Shown here: positions 20,109 through 30,123 of the stretch, piece after piece
Numbering within the stretch: position 1 is the stretch's first letter
Layout of the letters: every line of letters begins with the position of its first letter
DNA from: Spirochaetia bacterium
Lineage (GTDB): Bacteria > Spirochaetota > Spirochaetia > DSM-16054 > Sediminispirochaetaceae
Assembly: GCA_034520965.1 (NCBI GenBank)
Contig: JAXHMY010000009.1
Span: 32,001-96,000 of the forward strand
Reading direction: 5' to 3'
Length of the DNA stretch: 64,000 bases
The notes under the pieces: generated by a model
Databases searched by the model: none
What the model was told of the DNA's origin: nothing
What the model saw: the letters and a program-made list of their open reading frames with translations, nothing else
Program-made: the position numbers and the translations under genes

Positions 20109-20435
20109 AACGAACGGATAGAAAGTCAGGCCTCAGCGATCAACGAGTCACCGGTCTCAATTGAGGAGATGTCCGGAAACATTAACAGCATCGCCCGGGT
20201 CAGCGAAGAGAAGTTCAAGATGGCCCGGGAACTTGAAAAAACAAGTGAGCAGGGTGAGCAGGATATGGTGAACACCCGGGCACTGATGAAAAAGGTTGCC
20301 GAATCTGCCAACGTGATGATGAACATGATCGGAATGATCGATGACATCGCCGCACAAACAAATCTTCTTGCGATGAATGCAGCCATTGAGGCTGCCCACG
20401 CTGGAGACGCCGGTCGTGGTTTTGCTGTTGTTGTT
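20109..20435 (+). pseudogene. Methyl-accepting chemotaxis protein internal fragment
   Basis: [29 protein letters not shown] then abrupt end; no N-terminus. Confidence 0.88.
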
Positions 20436-20452
20436 AGAAATCTTCTTTTTCT

Positions 20453-20869
20453 TCATTGAAATAATTTGATAAATTCTTCCGGTAATACAACTGTAATTTT
20501 CGAGTTTTTGTAATCTTCTATATTTCTTGTAATTATATATTCACATTGATTCTCGATAGCGGAATAATATTGCAATGCATCTTCAAAATCTGAGAATTTT
20601 GATCTTAATGCTTCTAATACATTCTGATGATCGATTGTTATTATTGCTATATACTTAACGATATTTTTGATGAATTTTCGTGCATTAGCATCTCCCCCAG
20701 ATTTCCTCAAAATATAGTAGATATTCGCAATGCAATTTGATGACAAATTTCCAATAATAATATTATTCTCTGCCATTGCCAGGATCATTTTGCTGGAAGC
20801 AAAGAATGGATCGCGTGCTAATGCTACATCCAATATTACATCGGTATCGATAAAAGCCTTTTTTATCAT
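20453..20869 (-). CDS. PIN-domain toxin
   Basis: [22 protein letters not shown]; very AT-rich. Confidence 0.9.
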   Translation of the reverse strand: MIKKAFIDTDVILDVALARDPFFASSKMILAMAENNIIIGNLSSNCIANIYYILRKSGGDANARKFIKNIVKYIAIITIDHQNVLEALRSKFSDFEDALQYYSAIENQCEYIITRNIEDYKNSKITVVLPEEFIKLFQ

Positions 20870-21120
20870 AAGTATTTTTCCTGTAATGCTTCTTCGAGCA
20901 TATCTTTATATGATTTTCCATTATCAGTAAACATTCCAGAAATACTATCGGTTATTGGTGATTTTATCGATGATAAAGAACTTTCAGACTCATAGCTAAA
21001 AGTTAAATTTTTAAGATACTCTTCTACAATTCGCGAAACGCTTCTATTCTTCTTTTGAGCATATTCCTTCGCCTGTTCCACTACTGATTGATCGATTGTT
21101 AGAGTAAGCTTTGTTAACAT
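20866..21120 (-). CDS. DUF6364-family antitoxin
   Basis: TKLTLTIDQSVVEQAKEYA...SVSRIVEEYL; overlaps PIN gene. Confidence 0.85.
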   Translation of the reverse strand: MLTKLTLTIDQSVVEQAKEYAQKKNRSVSRIVEEYLKNLTFSYESESSLSSIKSPITDSISGMFTDNGKSYKDMLEEALQEKYL

Positions 21121-21398
21121 ATATCACCTCACACGTATAATATAATACACAAACACGTGTTATTCAATAGGCACATATATAATTTTTATAAAAAAATCCA
21201 ACGTAACTATTCAGCACAATCCAGAAAAAGTCGCCTAAAGGTCTGAAATCCCACGTGATAATAGACTACACTGTGGTTTATGGAAGTGAGTCGAACGCCG
21301 GGCTGGACTTACCCGGATTGACTTCTTAAATGTCTATTGTACCGGTATTATTTAATTAGAGGGAAACTAATGTTACAATTTCTAGAAGGAGGTTGAGT

Positions 21399-21935
21399 AT
21401 GAGTAGTTATGAGATTCACGGTATTCAAATCGAAATAGTTGTGGGAGATATCGCCGCCCAGGACGGAATAGATGCGGTAGTAAATGCTGCCAACGCGCAG
21501 CTGCTTATCGGCGGCGGAGTTGCGGGGGCGCTGCACCGCGCCGCCGGCCCCGGTTTGGCGGAAGAGTGTCGCCCCTACGCGCCAATAAGCCCCGGACAGG
21601 CGGTAATTACAGGGGCACACCAGCTACCCAATAGCCACGTCATTCATTGTCTCGGTCCGATTTATGGAGTAGATGAACCCGCCCAGCAGTACCTGGAAGA
21701 GTGTTACCGAAATGCCGTCAAACTGGCCGAAGAGAATGCCCTCGGTTCAATTGCCTTTCCGGCAATCTCAACCGGAGCCTTTGGTTACCCCTTTGAATCG
21801 GCCACCCGAACCGCGCTGAAGACGGTGTGCTCGCTGCTTCCACAACTTCAACACCTAAAGAGAATTCGATTCGTACTGTTCACTCGGGCGGATAAAGAGG
21901 AATACGAGCGGCTGCTGCCGGAGCTGTGTAAATAG
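21399..21935 (+). CDS. Macro domain protein (O-acetyl-ADP-ribose deacetylase-like)
   Basis: GDI, VNAAN, GGGVAGA, AISTGAFGYP. Confidence 0.93.
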   Translation: MSSYEIHGIQIEIVVGDIAAQDGIDAVVNAANAQLLIGGGVAGALHRAAGPGLAEECRPYAPISPGQAVITGAHQLPNSHVIHCLGPIYGVDEPAQQYLEECYRNAVKLAEENALGSIAFPAISTGAFGYPFESATRTALKTVCSLLPQLQHLKRIRFVLFTRADKEEYERLLPELCK

Positions 21936-21937
21936 CT

Positions 21938-21955
21938 CCCCGCTTCAACGCGGGG
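21938..21955. terminator. Hairpin between convergent genes
   Basis: CCCCGC-TTCAAC-GCGGGG right after macro-domain stop. Confidence 0.5.
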
Positions 21956-21975
21956 AAAGCTGAACACCGCCGCCT

Positions 21976-22581
21976 TTACCCCTGCTTTTTTTCGGCCAGT
22001 TGCTGTTTGGCCAATGTGAGAACCCCTCTTTTCTTTATGATGTCTTTGATGGAGTTCGGGTTGGGAAAACTAATCGCATCATAGATGCACCACACCTGAC
22101 ATGAGGTGCATCCGACCATGCATTGCAGGGGCCGTGCGACCACCGAAACCCCGTTCTCTGCATCAAAATCGAATACACTACGCCCGCAGCTGGTGACGCA
22201 CATTCCGCAGCCGACACATTTATCGGTATCGACGCTAGGATACCATTCGATTTCCTCGCGGGGAATGCCTTTCCATTTTGCAAATTGTTCGGGAAGTCCC
22301 GACGAGCTCTTTGGCTGAGCATCTGCACGCTTGCGGCAATGAGATGTGATAAAGCTTTTAATGTGATTCTTTGACCAGTTGTGACCCTGGGTGAGGATTT
22401 TATCGTCGATCACCAGTGCCGGGGTAAGGAATATCTGTTTTTCCTCCAGCTCCAGAATCTCCTGTATGTTGTGGACCACATCCAACTGGCACTCCAGCTG
22501 TTCTTCGTGAATGATGTCCTCGACATGGCTTTTTAGCTCATTTTGTAATGAGCCCTCAGTACCGATAATTTGAATCTTCAT
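21976..22581 (-). CDS. Fusion of Cys-less small thioredoxin-like domain and 2x[4Fe-4S] ferredoxin
   Basis: MKIQIIG...TPALVIDDKI (MTH895-like fold, no CxxC) plus CVGCGMC...C and CMVGCTSC...C. Confidence 0.8.
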   Translation of the reverse strand: MKIQIIGTEGSLQNELKSHVEDIIHEEQLECQLDVVHNIQEILELEEKQIFLTPALVIDDKILTQGHNWSKNHIKSFITSHCRKRADAQPKSSSGLPEQFAKWKGIPREEIEWYPSVDTDKCVGCGMCVTSCGRSVFDFDAENGVSVVARPLQCMVGCTSCQVWCIYDAISFPNPNSIKDIIKKRGVLTLAKQQLAEKKQG

Positions 22582-22591
22582 ACTTTCCTCC

Positions 22592-23359
22592 CTATTTGGA
22601 ATGGTTTTGAAATATGTCCTTGCGCAAAAGTTCTTTCGCCTTCGCGCTCTTGAGCATGGTGTAGGCGTTTTTCTCTCTCGAATTCGGCATTGCCTTCTCT
22701 GAGAGCGCCTCAATATGCTCTTTCACTTTGCCTATATCTTTGTAGGGAAACCCCAGTACGGCCTCGCCGGTGTGTATGTCCGTTGCGTCTCTGCACCCGT
22801 AGCAGCCGTAGCTGAGATTCAGTTTTTGCTGTTGATAAGGAATCAGGGTTGCATCCACACAGGTTGCCTGTAAAACGGCCGTAGAGCTCTCGATTCGCCT
22901 GCCTCCGGTGAGGTTTACATATGCCAACGCGATCCACATGAGGTTTTCCACCGTGTCCTCCACAACAACCACATCGGGGCTTATTGCGGAGTCCTCGAGC
23001 GGGAACAGATATAGTTCTTTGAGTGTATTCGGCTCGAGAGTTGTCATGCCCCGAAACATCTCCGCACCGGTTTCATCTTCCTTGGTAATGCCGAAGCCGG
23101 ACAGGCCTTTACCGCTCTTGAGCCCGGCGGGCAGGTCTTTAAAGCCGAAGGCGGCCGCGGCGGCCGGACAGGAGATACCTTCGCCGTCGAGAACAACGTG
23201 TTCACCCCTGCGTGCGCGCATCAGGGCCTGACAGTAGCGATGATTCCTTACATGCACGGTATCGGCTGGAATTTCTTCTGTGCCATCGAAGTAGAACTTC
23301 ACCCCAACCGGGTATGAAGACAAACCGATGAGTTCTTTTAAAGTTTGTGTAGTATCCAA
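22592..23359 (-). CDS. DUF169-family protein
   Basis: PVGVK, RYCQ, SCPAA, PDVVVV, ATC, GCYGCR motifs. Confidence 0.8.
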   Translation of the reverse strand: MDTTQTLKELIGLSSYPVGVKFYFDGTEEIPADTVHVRNHRYCQALMRARRGEHVVLDGEGISCPAAAAAFGFKDLPAGLKSGKGLSGFGITKEDETGAEMFRGMTTLEPNTLKELYLFPLEDSAISPDVVVVEDTVENLMWIALAYVNLTGGRRIESSTAVLQATCVDATLIPYQQQKLNLSYGCYGCRDATDIHTGEAVLGFPYKDIGKVKEHIEALSEKAMPNSREKNAYTMLKSAKAKELLRKDIFQNHSK

Positions 23360-23373
23360 TTATGTATCCTCCT

Positions 23374-23409
23374 ATTTGGCAAAATAACCAAAAATACGTT
23401 ATTTGTCAA
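23374..23409 (-). promoter_or_regulatory. Promoter (-35 TTGACA) with ArsR-type operator TTGG-N8-CCAA
   Basis: ATTTGG-CAAAATAA-CCAAAA 23374-23393; TGTCAA 23404-23409. Confidence 0.6.
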
Positions 23410-23445
23410 GGTTATATCAGTAGGTAGAACCCCGGATATGCTCTG

Positions 23446-24810
23446 TCAAACTCCCCCTCGAGCGTTTTGGTTTAGCCACGCCGCGGCGGCCATCTGCAGC
23501 GGATCCCAGGGGCTGCTCAGGGGCGGGGTATAACTCAGATCCAGCATAATAAACTCCGCCACGCTGAGACCTCGATGGAGGGAAACAGCCACAATGTCTA
23601 TTCGTTTGGAAATCTCCGCCTGTATCGCTCCGATAATCTGGCATCCGAGGACCTTATGGGTCTTTTGATCGGCGGTAAATCGTATTTTTACATTATACGC
23701 AGGACGATAGTAGCCCTTATGATCGGTGGTCTCGAAACTGCAGGTGTAAGGCTGGTATCCGGCCTCCAGGGCTTCCCGGTCGTTCAGGCCGGTTCTGGCA
23801 ACTACCATATCGAAGAGTTTTAGCGATTGGGTCCCGAGAGTACCGGGGTATTCGCTTTTTAGCCCGCAGATATTCTCGCCGATAATTCTGCCGTGCTTGT
23901 GCGCCGAGGTCCCCAGTGCTATATACGCCGCTTGTCCGGTAATCGCATGGATAGATTCGGCGCAGTCTCCTCCGGCATACACGTCTTTGACGCTGGTCTC
24001 CATTTTCCGATTCACCTTCACCGCGCCCTTTATTCCGGTTTCGACACCTATGCTGCGGGCAAGGGAGGTCTCCGGGAGGGCGCCTACCGCGACAAGCACC
24101 ATGTCCGCCGTAAAATTGTGCTCGGCTCCCGCCGACACCTCCAGCCTGCCGCCCTTTTCTCCGATGTGCTCAACTTTTTTGCCGACGAAGATCTGTGCGC
24201 CCTGTTCCTCAAGGTAATTTTTTACCACCTCACCGAATTCACTATCTACGGTCGTGAGAATATGGTCGAAGAACTCAACGAGTTTTACCTTTATCCCCCT
24301 TCTGATGAGGGCTTCCGTCATCTCAAGGCCGATATATCCGCCGCCGATTATCACCGCTTCACGGGGCTGTTTCTCTTTTATAAATTGGTCGATTCGCCGT
24401 GCCTCATCGATCCATCGGAGGGTAAACACCCCGGGAAGGTCTATCCCGGGTATATTCGGGGTGACGGACTTTCCCCCCGTCCCCAGCACCAGCTTATCGT
24501 AGCGAAGCTCCACTTCCCTTCCCTCGGAGTCGGTAAAGACAATTCTTTTTTCTCTCGGGTCGATAGAGTGAACTTCAGACCCGATGTATAAGTCCAGGCC
24601 GGTAGACCGAATCTCCTCCGCCGTCCGGTGGGCCAAACTCATGTACTCTTCGATCTCTCCCCCCAAGAAAAAGGGGATCCCGCAGATGCTGAAGTTCGGA
24701 AAGTTATTTCCTGAGATTACCGTAACTTCAGATTCAGGGTCGATCTGTCTTATCCTCAAGGCGGCGGTGATACCCACATCGCTGCCGCCTATTACCACAA
24801 CCTTTCTCAT
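23446..24810 (-). CDS. CoA-disulfide reductase/NADH oxidase-family flavoprotein
   Basis: SICGIP single-Cys site, GGGYIGLE, AGGDC, DLSYTPP. Confidence 0.9.
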   Translation of the reverse strand: MRKVVVIGGSDVGITAALRIRQIDPESEVTVISGNNFPNFSICGIPFFLGGEIEEYMSLAHRTAEEIRSTGLDLYIGSEVHSIDPREKRIVFTDSEGREVELRYDKLVLGTGGKSVTPNIPGIDLPGVFTLRWIDEARRIDQFIKEKQPREAVIIGGGYIGLEMTEALIRRGIKVKLVEFFDHILTTVDSEFGEVVKNYLEEQGAQIFVGKKVEHIGEKGGRLEVSAGAEHNFTADMVLVAVGALPETSLARSIGVETGIKGAVKVNRKMETSVKDVYAGGDCAESIHAITGQAAYIALGTSAHKHGRIIGENICGLKSEYPGTLGTQSLKLFDMVVARTGLNDREALEAGYQPYTCSFETTDHKGYYRPAYNVKIRFTADQKTHKVLGCQIIGAIQAEISKRIDIVAVSLHRGLSVAEFIMLDLSYTPPLSSPWDPLQMAAAAWLNQNARGGV

Positions 24811-24861
24811 GTGCGATACTCCTTGGAAAACTGTCGCCGTCGAAGTGGATGCCCTTGCTGC

Positions 24862-25275
24862 TCATTGTGTATGGGCACTACTCTTTTGCGTGTGGGTATT
24901 AAATCCCTCAAAAGGTACCCATTGTCCGATGGTTTTGCAGGTAAATCCCCTCCGCCGGTAGTCCTTTAACCTTTCGATATCACCGGCGAATATCTCCCTG
25001 GATCGACTGGCCTGCTCTATCACCCGGTGCAGAAGGCTGCCGTCGGAGCGATGCTCCGGTGCAATGAGAAAATGGATCCACTGGGCTTGTTTGTAGCTGC
25101 TGAGAAATCCGGAGGTGCGAAGACGTTCCAGTTGTCTCGATGTATTTGACTGTCTCATATCCAGTATGTTTTCGAACTCGCAGCCGCACAGGTCCTCGGC
25201 CTCCCACAGAAGCGAGAGGATCCGCAGTCGATTCAGGTCGGACATGGCCTTTAACTCGTCGATTATATCCCGCAT
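24862..25275 (-). CDS. arsR: ArsR/SmtB regulator
   Basis: KAMSDLNRLRIL, LCGCE, QSNTSRQL; directly after acr3. Confidence 0.88.
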   Translation of the reverse strand: MRDIIDELKAMSDLNRLRILSLLWEAEDLCGCEFENILDMRQSNTSRQLERLRTSGFLSSYKQAQWIHFLIAPEHRSDGSLLHRVIEQASRSREIFAGDIERLKDYRRRGFTCKTIGQWVPFEGFNTHTQKSSAHTQ

Positions 25276-25300
25276 TGTTTTCTATCCCTGCCTCTTTTTT

Positions 25301-26353
25301 TTAAGTGTAGGCTTGAAAGGAGCCGCGGGTAGCTACGGCTATCTTTACCAGGGTCAGCATAACCGGCACTTCCACCAATACTCCGACCACTGTAGCTAAA
25401 GCCGCCCCCGATTGTAAGCCGAACAAGCTTACCGCAACAGCCACTGAAAGCTCGAAGAAGTTGCTGGCCCCGATCATCGCGCCGGGACCTGCTATACCAT
25501 GGGGAACTTTCCATAGCTTGGCCCATCCGTAGGCGATACCGAAGATCAAAAATGTCTGAATGACCAGGGGCACCGCGATAAGCAGAATGTGAATGGGATT
25601 ATTCAGAATCGTCTCTCCCTGGAAAGAGAAGAGAATAATAAGGGTGAGCAGCAGTCCGCCGATGGTGGTGTTATCGAATTTTTTCAAAAACACATTTTCA
25701 AAATAGTCGGAGCCGCGACGCTTGATAATAGTGCGCCGAGAGATGTATCCACCGGCCAGGGGAATGACTACAAACAGGACTACCGACAGGAACAGGGTGT
25801 CGTAGGGAACCTGAATATTGCTCACTCCCAGGAGGAAGGCGACGATCGGGGTGAAGGCCACCAGGATGATCAGGTCGTTGACCGCCACCTGGACAACCGT
25901 GTAGGCGGGGTCGCCGTCGGAGAGGTAGCTCCAGACAAATACCATGGCGGTACAGGGGGCGGCTCCCAGGAGCACCGCTCCGGCCAGGTACTCGGTGGCC
26001 AGGCCGGATTCAATGAAAGGAGCAAACACAATTTTAAGAAAGAAATAGGCGATAAGGTACATGGTGAAGGGCTTGATCAGCCAGTTTGTGACGGTGGTGA
26101 TGGTAAGCCCCTTCGGCTTTTTGGTGGCATTCACGATACTGGTGAAATCGACCTTCAGCATCATTGGGTAGATCATCAGCCATATAAGAATTGCGACCGG
26201 TATTGAAACCCGGGCGTATTCTAGGGTACTGAGAAAATCCGGTATCGCCGGGATAAAACGGCCGATAAGGGTCCCTACCACGATGCAGAGGGCGACCCAG
26301 AGGGTAAGATATCTTTCGAATAAACTGATTTGTTTGGTTTGAGCTTGACTCAT
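25301..26353 (-). CDS. acr3: ACR3-family arsenite efflux transporter
   Basis: FERYLTLWV, MIYPMM, NWLIKPF, APCTAMV, ASNFFEL, GVLVEVP. Confidence 0.97.
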   Translation of the reverse strand: MSQAQTKQISLFERYLTLWVALCIVVGTLIGRFIPAIPDFLSTLEYARVSIPVAILIWLMIYPMMLKVDFTSIVNATKKPKGLTITTVTNWLIKPFTMYLIAYFFLKIVFAPFIESGLATEYLAGAVLLGAAPCTAMVFVWSYLSDGDPAYTVVQVAVNDLIILVAFTPIVAFLLGVSNIQVPYDTLFLSVVLFVVIPLAGGYISRRTIIKRRGSDYFENVFLKKFDNTTIGGLLLTLIILFSFQGETILNNPIHILLIAVPLVIQTFLIFGIAYGWAKLWKVPHGIAGPGAMIGASNFFELSVAVAVSLFGLQSGAALATVVGVLVEVPVMLTLVKIAVATRGSFQAYT

Positions 26354-26452
26354 GTATTCCGATCCTCCATAAGTATGAATAATTAATCATATAGCAATAT
26401 ACATATAGAAGCACTGCCTGTCAACACAATCTATATGGGGCGTACCGTTTAT

Positions 26453-27337
26453 CTATTCTGTTTTCCAAAAGGGAACAAGAAGAACCGACACAGGGGAATG
26501 ATGGGCGACTTTCTCGCTCACTCCTCCCAGAAGGATCTCCTCTATGTATCCTCTTCCCTGTTTACCCATGACTATGAAGGTTGCACCTTTTTCTGCAACC
26601 GTGGTGAGTATTTCCTGGGATGGATTACCGTACGAGAGAACTGTATCAATTTGCAGAGAGGAGTCTACTTTGTTTAGGTGTTCTTTTAGCTTGTTAAGCC
26701 GCTCGGTATCAATACTGTTAAATTCGTCAAGCTTGTGATTCAGGTGGGGATCTATTTTTTCTTTGTTCTGTACATGTAACAGGGTAAGCCGATGTATTCC
26801 TTTGGAGACAAGGAACTCTAAAACTTGAAACGCGTGGTCGGCATTCTCTGAAAAATCCGTTGGATAGAGAATATGGTCTCCAAATCCGCAGGCGCCTTCT
26901 ACACATTCCTCCCCTTTCTCGTTTTCCCCTTTTTGAAGTCGGAGAAGAAGCGTGGGGCGTGTGCTGTGGATGAGCAGGTTGGTAGCTATATCTCCAAGTA
27001 AAATATCTTCGGCAAAACTGTGCTGGTGTGAACCGACGACAATTAGATCGGCCTGGTTTTTATCTGCAAGTTTATTGATTTTTTTGTGGACCGAACCTGT
27101 AAGAACTTCGGTGTTTACTTGAAACCCCTGTGCTTCAAGACTTTCTTTTTCGGCCTCGAGACTGTGCTTCAAAGTTGTTCCTTGATACGAATATGCCATG
27201 GACGCGGCGGTCCCCATGGACATACATTGCGTAAGTAGTGCTTTTTCGGTTCCAATAAATTTCAGAGCACCCAGACAATCCACGACTTCCTTGGATGCCG
27301 ATGAGACATCGGTTGCTACTATCATTGTATTAAACAT
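26453..27337 (-). CDS. Universal stress protein (tandem USP domains)
   Basis: VATDVS / YPTDFS, IVMGKQGRG...LLGGVSEKV. Confidence 0.92.
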   Translation of the reverse strand: MFNTMIVATDVSSASKEVVDCLGALKFIGTEKALLTQCMSMGTAASMAYSYQGTTLKHSLEAEKESLEAQGFQVNTEVLTGSVHKKINKLADKNQADLIVVGSHQHSFAEDILLGDIATNLLIHSTRPTLLLRLQKGENEKGEECVEGACGFGDHILYPTDFSENADHAFQVLEFLVSKGIHRLTLLHVQNKEKIDPHLNHKLDEFNSIDTERLNKLKEHLNKVDSSLQIDTVLSYGNPSQEILTTVAEKGATFIVMGKQGRGYIEEILLGGVSEKVAHHSPVSVLLVPFWKTE

Positions 27338-27482
27338 AGACTCCTCCTGTTTCTATCGTATATGATAATATTAACATATAGTGGTAAGCTGTGAGTGTCA
27401 AGTGCTGTCTCAGGAATATCACTAATCTTGATGTTAATGTAACGTTCACTCCCGTTTTGTAAAAAAATTTTCTTGTTCAGTC

Positions 27483-27538
27483 TTGACAGTGTAAAATATA
27501 ATTACCATATTTCATGCATATGTGCGCATGTATGCATG
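27483..27538 (+). promoter_or_regulatory. Promoter and palindromic ArsR operator
   Basis: TTGACA-17-CATATT then CATGCATATGTGCGCATGTATGCATG; counterpart at 40348-40407. Confidence 0.65.
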
Positions 27539-27599
27539 TAATAATAGGTAAAGGAGAGTTGAGAACGTCGTGGGAGGCGTTACATCCAAGGAGAAGCAG

Positions 27600-28040
27600 A
27601 TGAACGAAATGATCGAGGTGTTCAAGGTCCTCTCTGATGAGACACGCCTACGTATTGTCCGTCTCTTTCTGCATGCAGAGGTCTCCCTCTGTGTGTGTGA
27701 GATTGTGGATGCATTAGGTCTGCCGCAGTACAAAGTCTCGCGGCATCTATCGGCCCTCAAAAACGCCGGATTGATGGATGCCACGAAAAAGGGGACCTGG
27801 GCCTATCACCAGTTAAAAGTCGATTCACCGCTCCTTTCAAAGCTATGGGAGTTCATCGGCTCTACCTCCTTGGATGAGGATGGCGAGCTGTTGCTGGAGC
27901 GTGACCGTGAGGTATTAGATTGGCGGCTGTCTCTGCGAGATAACGACATGTGTGTGGTTGGGCTCTCTCCCGGCACAGGGAAGGACGAAGCTGGGATGAC
28001 CGAAAATGATGAAAATAGAACGAAACAAAATGATAGATGA
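27600..28040 (+). CDS. arsR: ArsR regulator
   Basis: FKVLSDETRLRI, LCVCE, QYKVSRHL. Confidence 0.92.
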   Translation: MNEMIEVFKVLSDETRLRIVRLFLHAEVSLCVCEIVDALGLPQYKVSRHLSALKNAGLMDATKKGTWAYHQLKVDSPLLSKLWEFIGSTSLDEDGELLLERDREVLDWRLSLRDNDMCVVGLSPGTGKDEAGMTENDENRTKQNDR

Positions 28041-28117
28041 GCGACACGAAACAAAACGACTCCGCCGTCAAAATAGAGATTTTCGACCCGCCTATGTGTT
28101 GCCTTGGCGTAATATAA
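28037..28117 (+). pseudogene. arsD: ArsD N-terminal fragment
   Basis: MSDTKQNDSAVKIEIFDPPMCCLGVI*. Confidence 0.85.
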
Positions 28118-28520
28118 GGAGCGAATTCTTGCCGATGCCCGAGAGAAATACTCCGAAGACATGCTGATTGCGGTAAAAGAGGAGCTCGAGACACCCTGTA
28201 CGGAAGAGATGGCGGCGTTTGACAAGTTTATGTGGTACGTGGAAAGGGAGGCGTACCGGGCTATGGAAGATCTGCGGGCAGCGGGAATCGACACACAATT
28301 TGTGGTAGCAAACCAGGTGCTTGAAGAGGAGTATTGCAGCAACGACTTCTTCCGCAAGCGGCGTGCGATGCAGGAGAAATATCTATCTGAGATAAACCGA
28401 CTCTTTCAGCTGCCGGTAACGGTTATGCCGCTTTTTGAGACTGAGATCACCGGACTGGAGATGGTCGAGTGGGCTGCTGAGGCTCTCTTTGCGGGAGCCA
28501 TGGAAAAGACTTCACTATAG
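28113..28520 (+). pseudogene. arsA: ArsA C-terminal remnant with further 234 bp deletion
   Basis: Matches about 42372-42511 and 42742-42990 of the intact arsA; no P-loop or DTAP motif left. Confidence 0.92.
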
Positions 28521-28569
28521 TTTCGGCTGTTGCCGACTCTATGTGTATAAAAGCGAGGAGGGAGATACG

Positions 28570-28869
28570 ATGGAGCATGTAGTTAGAGTGTTCGTGCCTC
28601 CCCTGGGGGAGTGCGCGGGAAAAAATACCTGGGAAAAAGCCTTAGGGGTGGTGGAATCACGCTTACGCGAAAAACTGGAGTTCGAAGTGCGGTTCGAGAT
28701 AGTCACTCTTTTCAGTAAGGAATTCTTTGCCTACCCCGAGGTGGCATCACTCGTGCAGTCCGGAGAGGGAGAGCCGCCGATTGTGACTCTGGACGACCGA
28801 GTCATTCAGAGAGGAGGAAAACTGCGCGAACGGACTATCCGGGAGGCCCTGGAAGAGAATTTTATATAA
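28570..28869 (+). CDS. Thioredoxin/ArsD-like fold hypothetical protein
   Basis: RBS GAGGGAG; VRVFVPPLGEC...PPIVTLDDRVIQRGG. Confidence 0.6.
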   Translation: MEHVVRVFVPPLGECAGKNTWEKALGVVESRLREKLEFEVRFEIVTLFSKEFFAYPEVASLVQSGEGEPPIVTLDDRVIQRGGKLRERTIREALEENFI

Positions 28870-28881
28870 GGTGAAGAAACT

Positions 28882-29247
28882 GTGTCCAATCTTGACGCAC
28901 GAGAGAAAGAGTTTGCAGAAGGAGTCGCCCAAACAGCGGAATACCACGAGTTTCAAACCGCTGTCGATGCGTATCACAAAGACGAAGAGGCTCTGGAGCT
29001 CTTGCAAAAGTTCCAAACGGCTCAAGAGCAAGCACAAAAGTTTGAGCCCTGGGGAGGGGGCTCAACTGGAGACGAAGAAGATCTGGAGACGCTTCAGGCG
29101 AAAGTGTTGGCACAACCGATGCTTGCCCGATACTTCAGGTCTCAAGAGACGCTTCTCCAGGCGCTCCAGGAGACCAACAGATATATGGCCGACAAGTTGG
29201 GGTTTGATTTTGCCGGGCTCACCAGACCAGCCGGTGGCTGTTGTTAA
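28882..29247 (+). CDS. YlbF-family Cys-Cys-terminal protein, chimeric start from deleted CMD gene
   Basis: First 10 aa equal CMD gene 43061, remainder nearly identical to 43338-43724; ends PAGGCC. Confidence 0.8.
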   Translation: MSNLDAREKEFAEGVAQTAEYHEFQTAVDAYHKDEEALELLQKFQTAQEQAQKFEPWGGGSTGDEEDLETLQAKVLAQPMLARYFRSQETLLQALQETNRYMADKLGFDFAGLTRPAGGCC

Positions 29248-29271
29248 AGCTTCGAATAAAGAGGATGCAGT

Positions 29272-29643
29272 ATGATTAGTAGAGAATTACAGAACACAGC
29301 GGACGCCTTGGTGACCGCATTAGAAAAAAACGAGAGCATTTCAGCTTATCAGGCGGCAAAACATCGGTCTGAGAAAAACGAGGAGCTCAAGCAGTTTCGG
29401 TCGAACTATTCCGAACTTCTGCCCGAACTCCAGCAAAAGCAAGCGGACGGAAGCCTCACGCAGGAGGACATTGGAAGCTTACGCTCCCTTCAGGAAAAAA
29501 TCAATCAACACCCGGCCTCTGTCGAATTACTTCGCACCTTGCAGGAGGCAACCCCGATACTGAAAGAGTGCAACAGTACGATAAGCCGGATCCTGGGATT
29601 CGACTTCTCTGCACACGCAGCTCCGCCTTCCGGGTGTTGTTAA
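29272..29643 (+). CDS. YlbF-family Cys-Cys-terminal protein
   Basis: Helical, LGFDF motif, ends PPSGCC; near-identical to 43749-44120. Confidence 0.8.
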   Translation: MISRELQNTADALVTALEKNESISAYQAAKHRSEKNEELKQFRSNYSELLPELQQKQADGSLTQEDIGSLRSLQEKINQHPASVELLRTLQEATPILKECNSTISRILGFDFSAHAAPPSGCC

Positions 29644-29721
29644 AATTTACACAACGCTTAGCATAAATATCAGCAATTACGTAAGAGCGGGAATTTCCAC
29701 AGGCGGCGGGATAGCCGAAAC

Positions 29722-30111
29722 TCAATCGACCGATTTGTCAGCTTTATCGAAGTGGGGTTCATCGAAGCTTTGCAAGCCGTCGCCGCGCTTCTGCATCGCG
29801 TGGATACACCGAACTATAGAGCGCGTGCAGCCGGGAACTGCGCTGTAGTAACGAAAGGTACCATCCTCCCGGCAGTGTAGTAGCCCGGCATCGACAAGAA
29901 CGTGTAGATGCCGGGAGAGGGTTGAGGGATCGTCACCCACCATTTCGGCTAAATGCATGACACTTTCCGGCTGATGGCTGACTCGATCGAAGACAAACAG
30001 CCGGGTTGGGTGGCCCAAGGCCCTGAAAATCCGTGCCCACTGTGCGTAACTCGTTCCTGGACTCTTGGGACCTAACGATTTGACTGTGGTACGTCTTTTC
30101 ATGCTCGCCAT
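29722..30111 (-). CDS. ArsR/SmtB regulator
   Basis: IFRALGHPTRL, DPSTLSRHL, C-terminal Cys residues. Confidence 0.88.
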   Translation of the reverse strand: MASMKRRTTVKSLGPKSPGTSYAQWARIFRALGHPTRLFVFDRVSHQPESVMHLAEMVGDDPSTLSRHLHVLVDAGLLHCREDGTFRYYSAVPGCTRSIVRCIHAMQKRGDGLQSFDEPHFDKADKSVD

Positions 30112-30123
30112 AACCGGGTCCTG

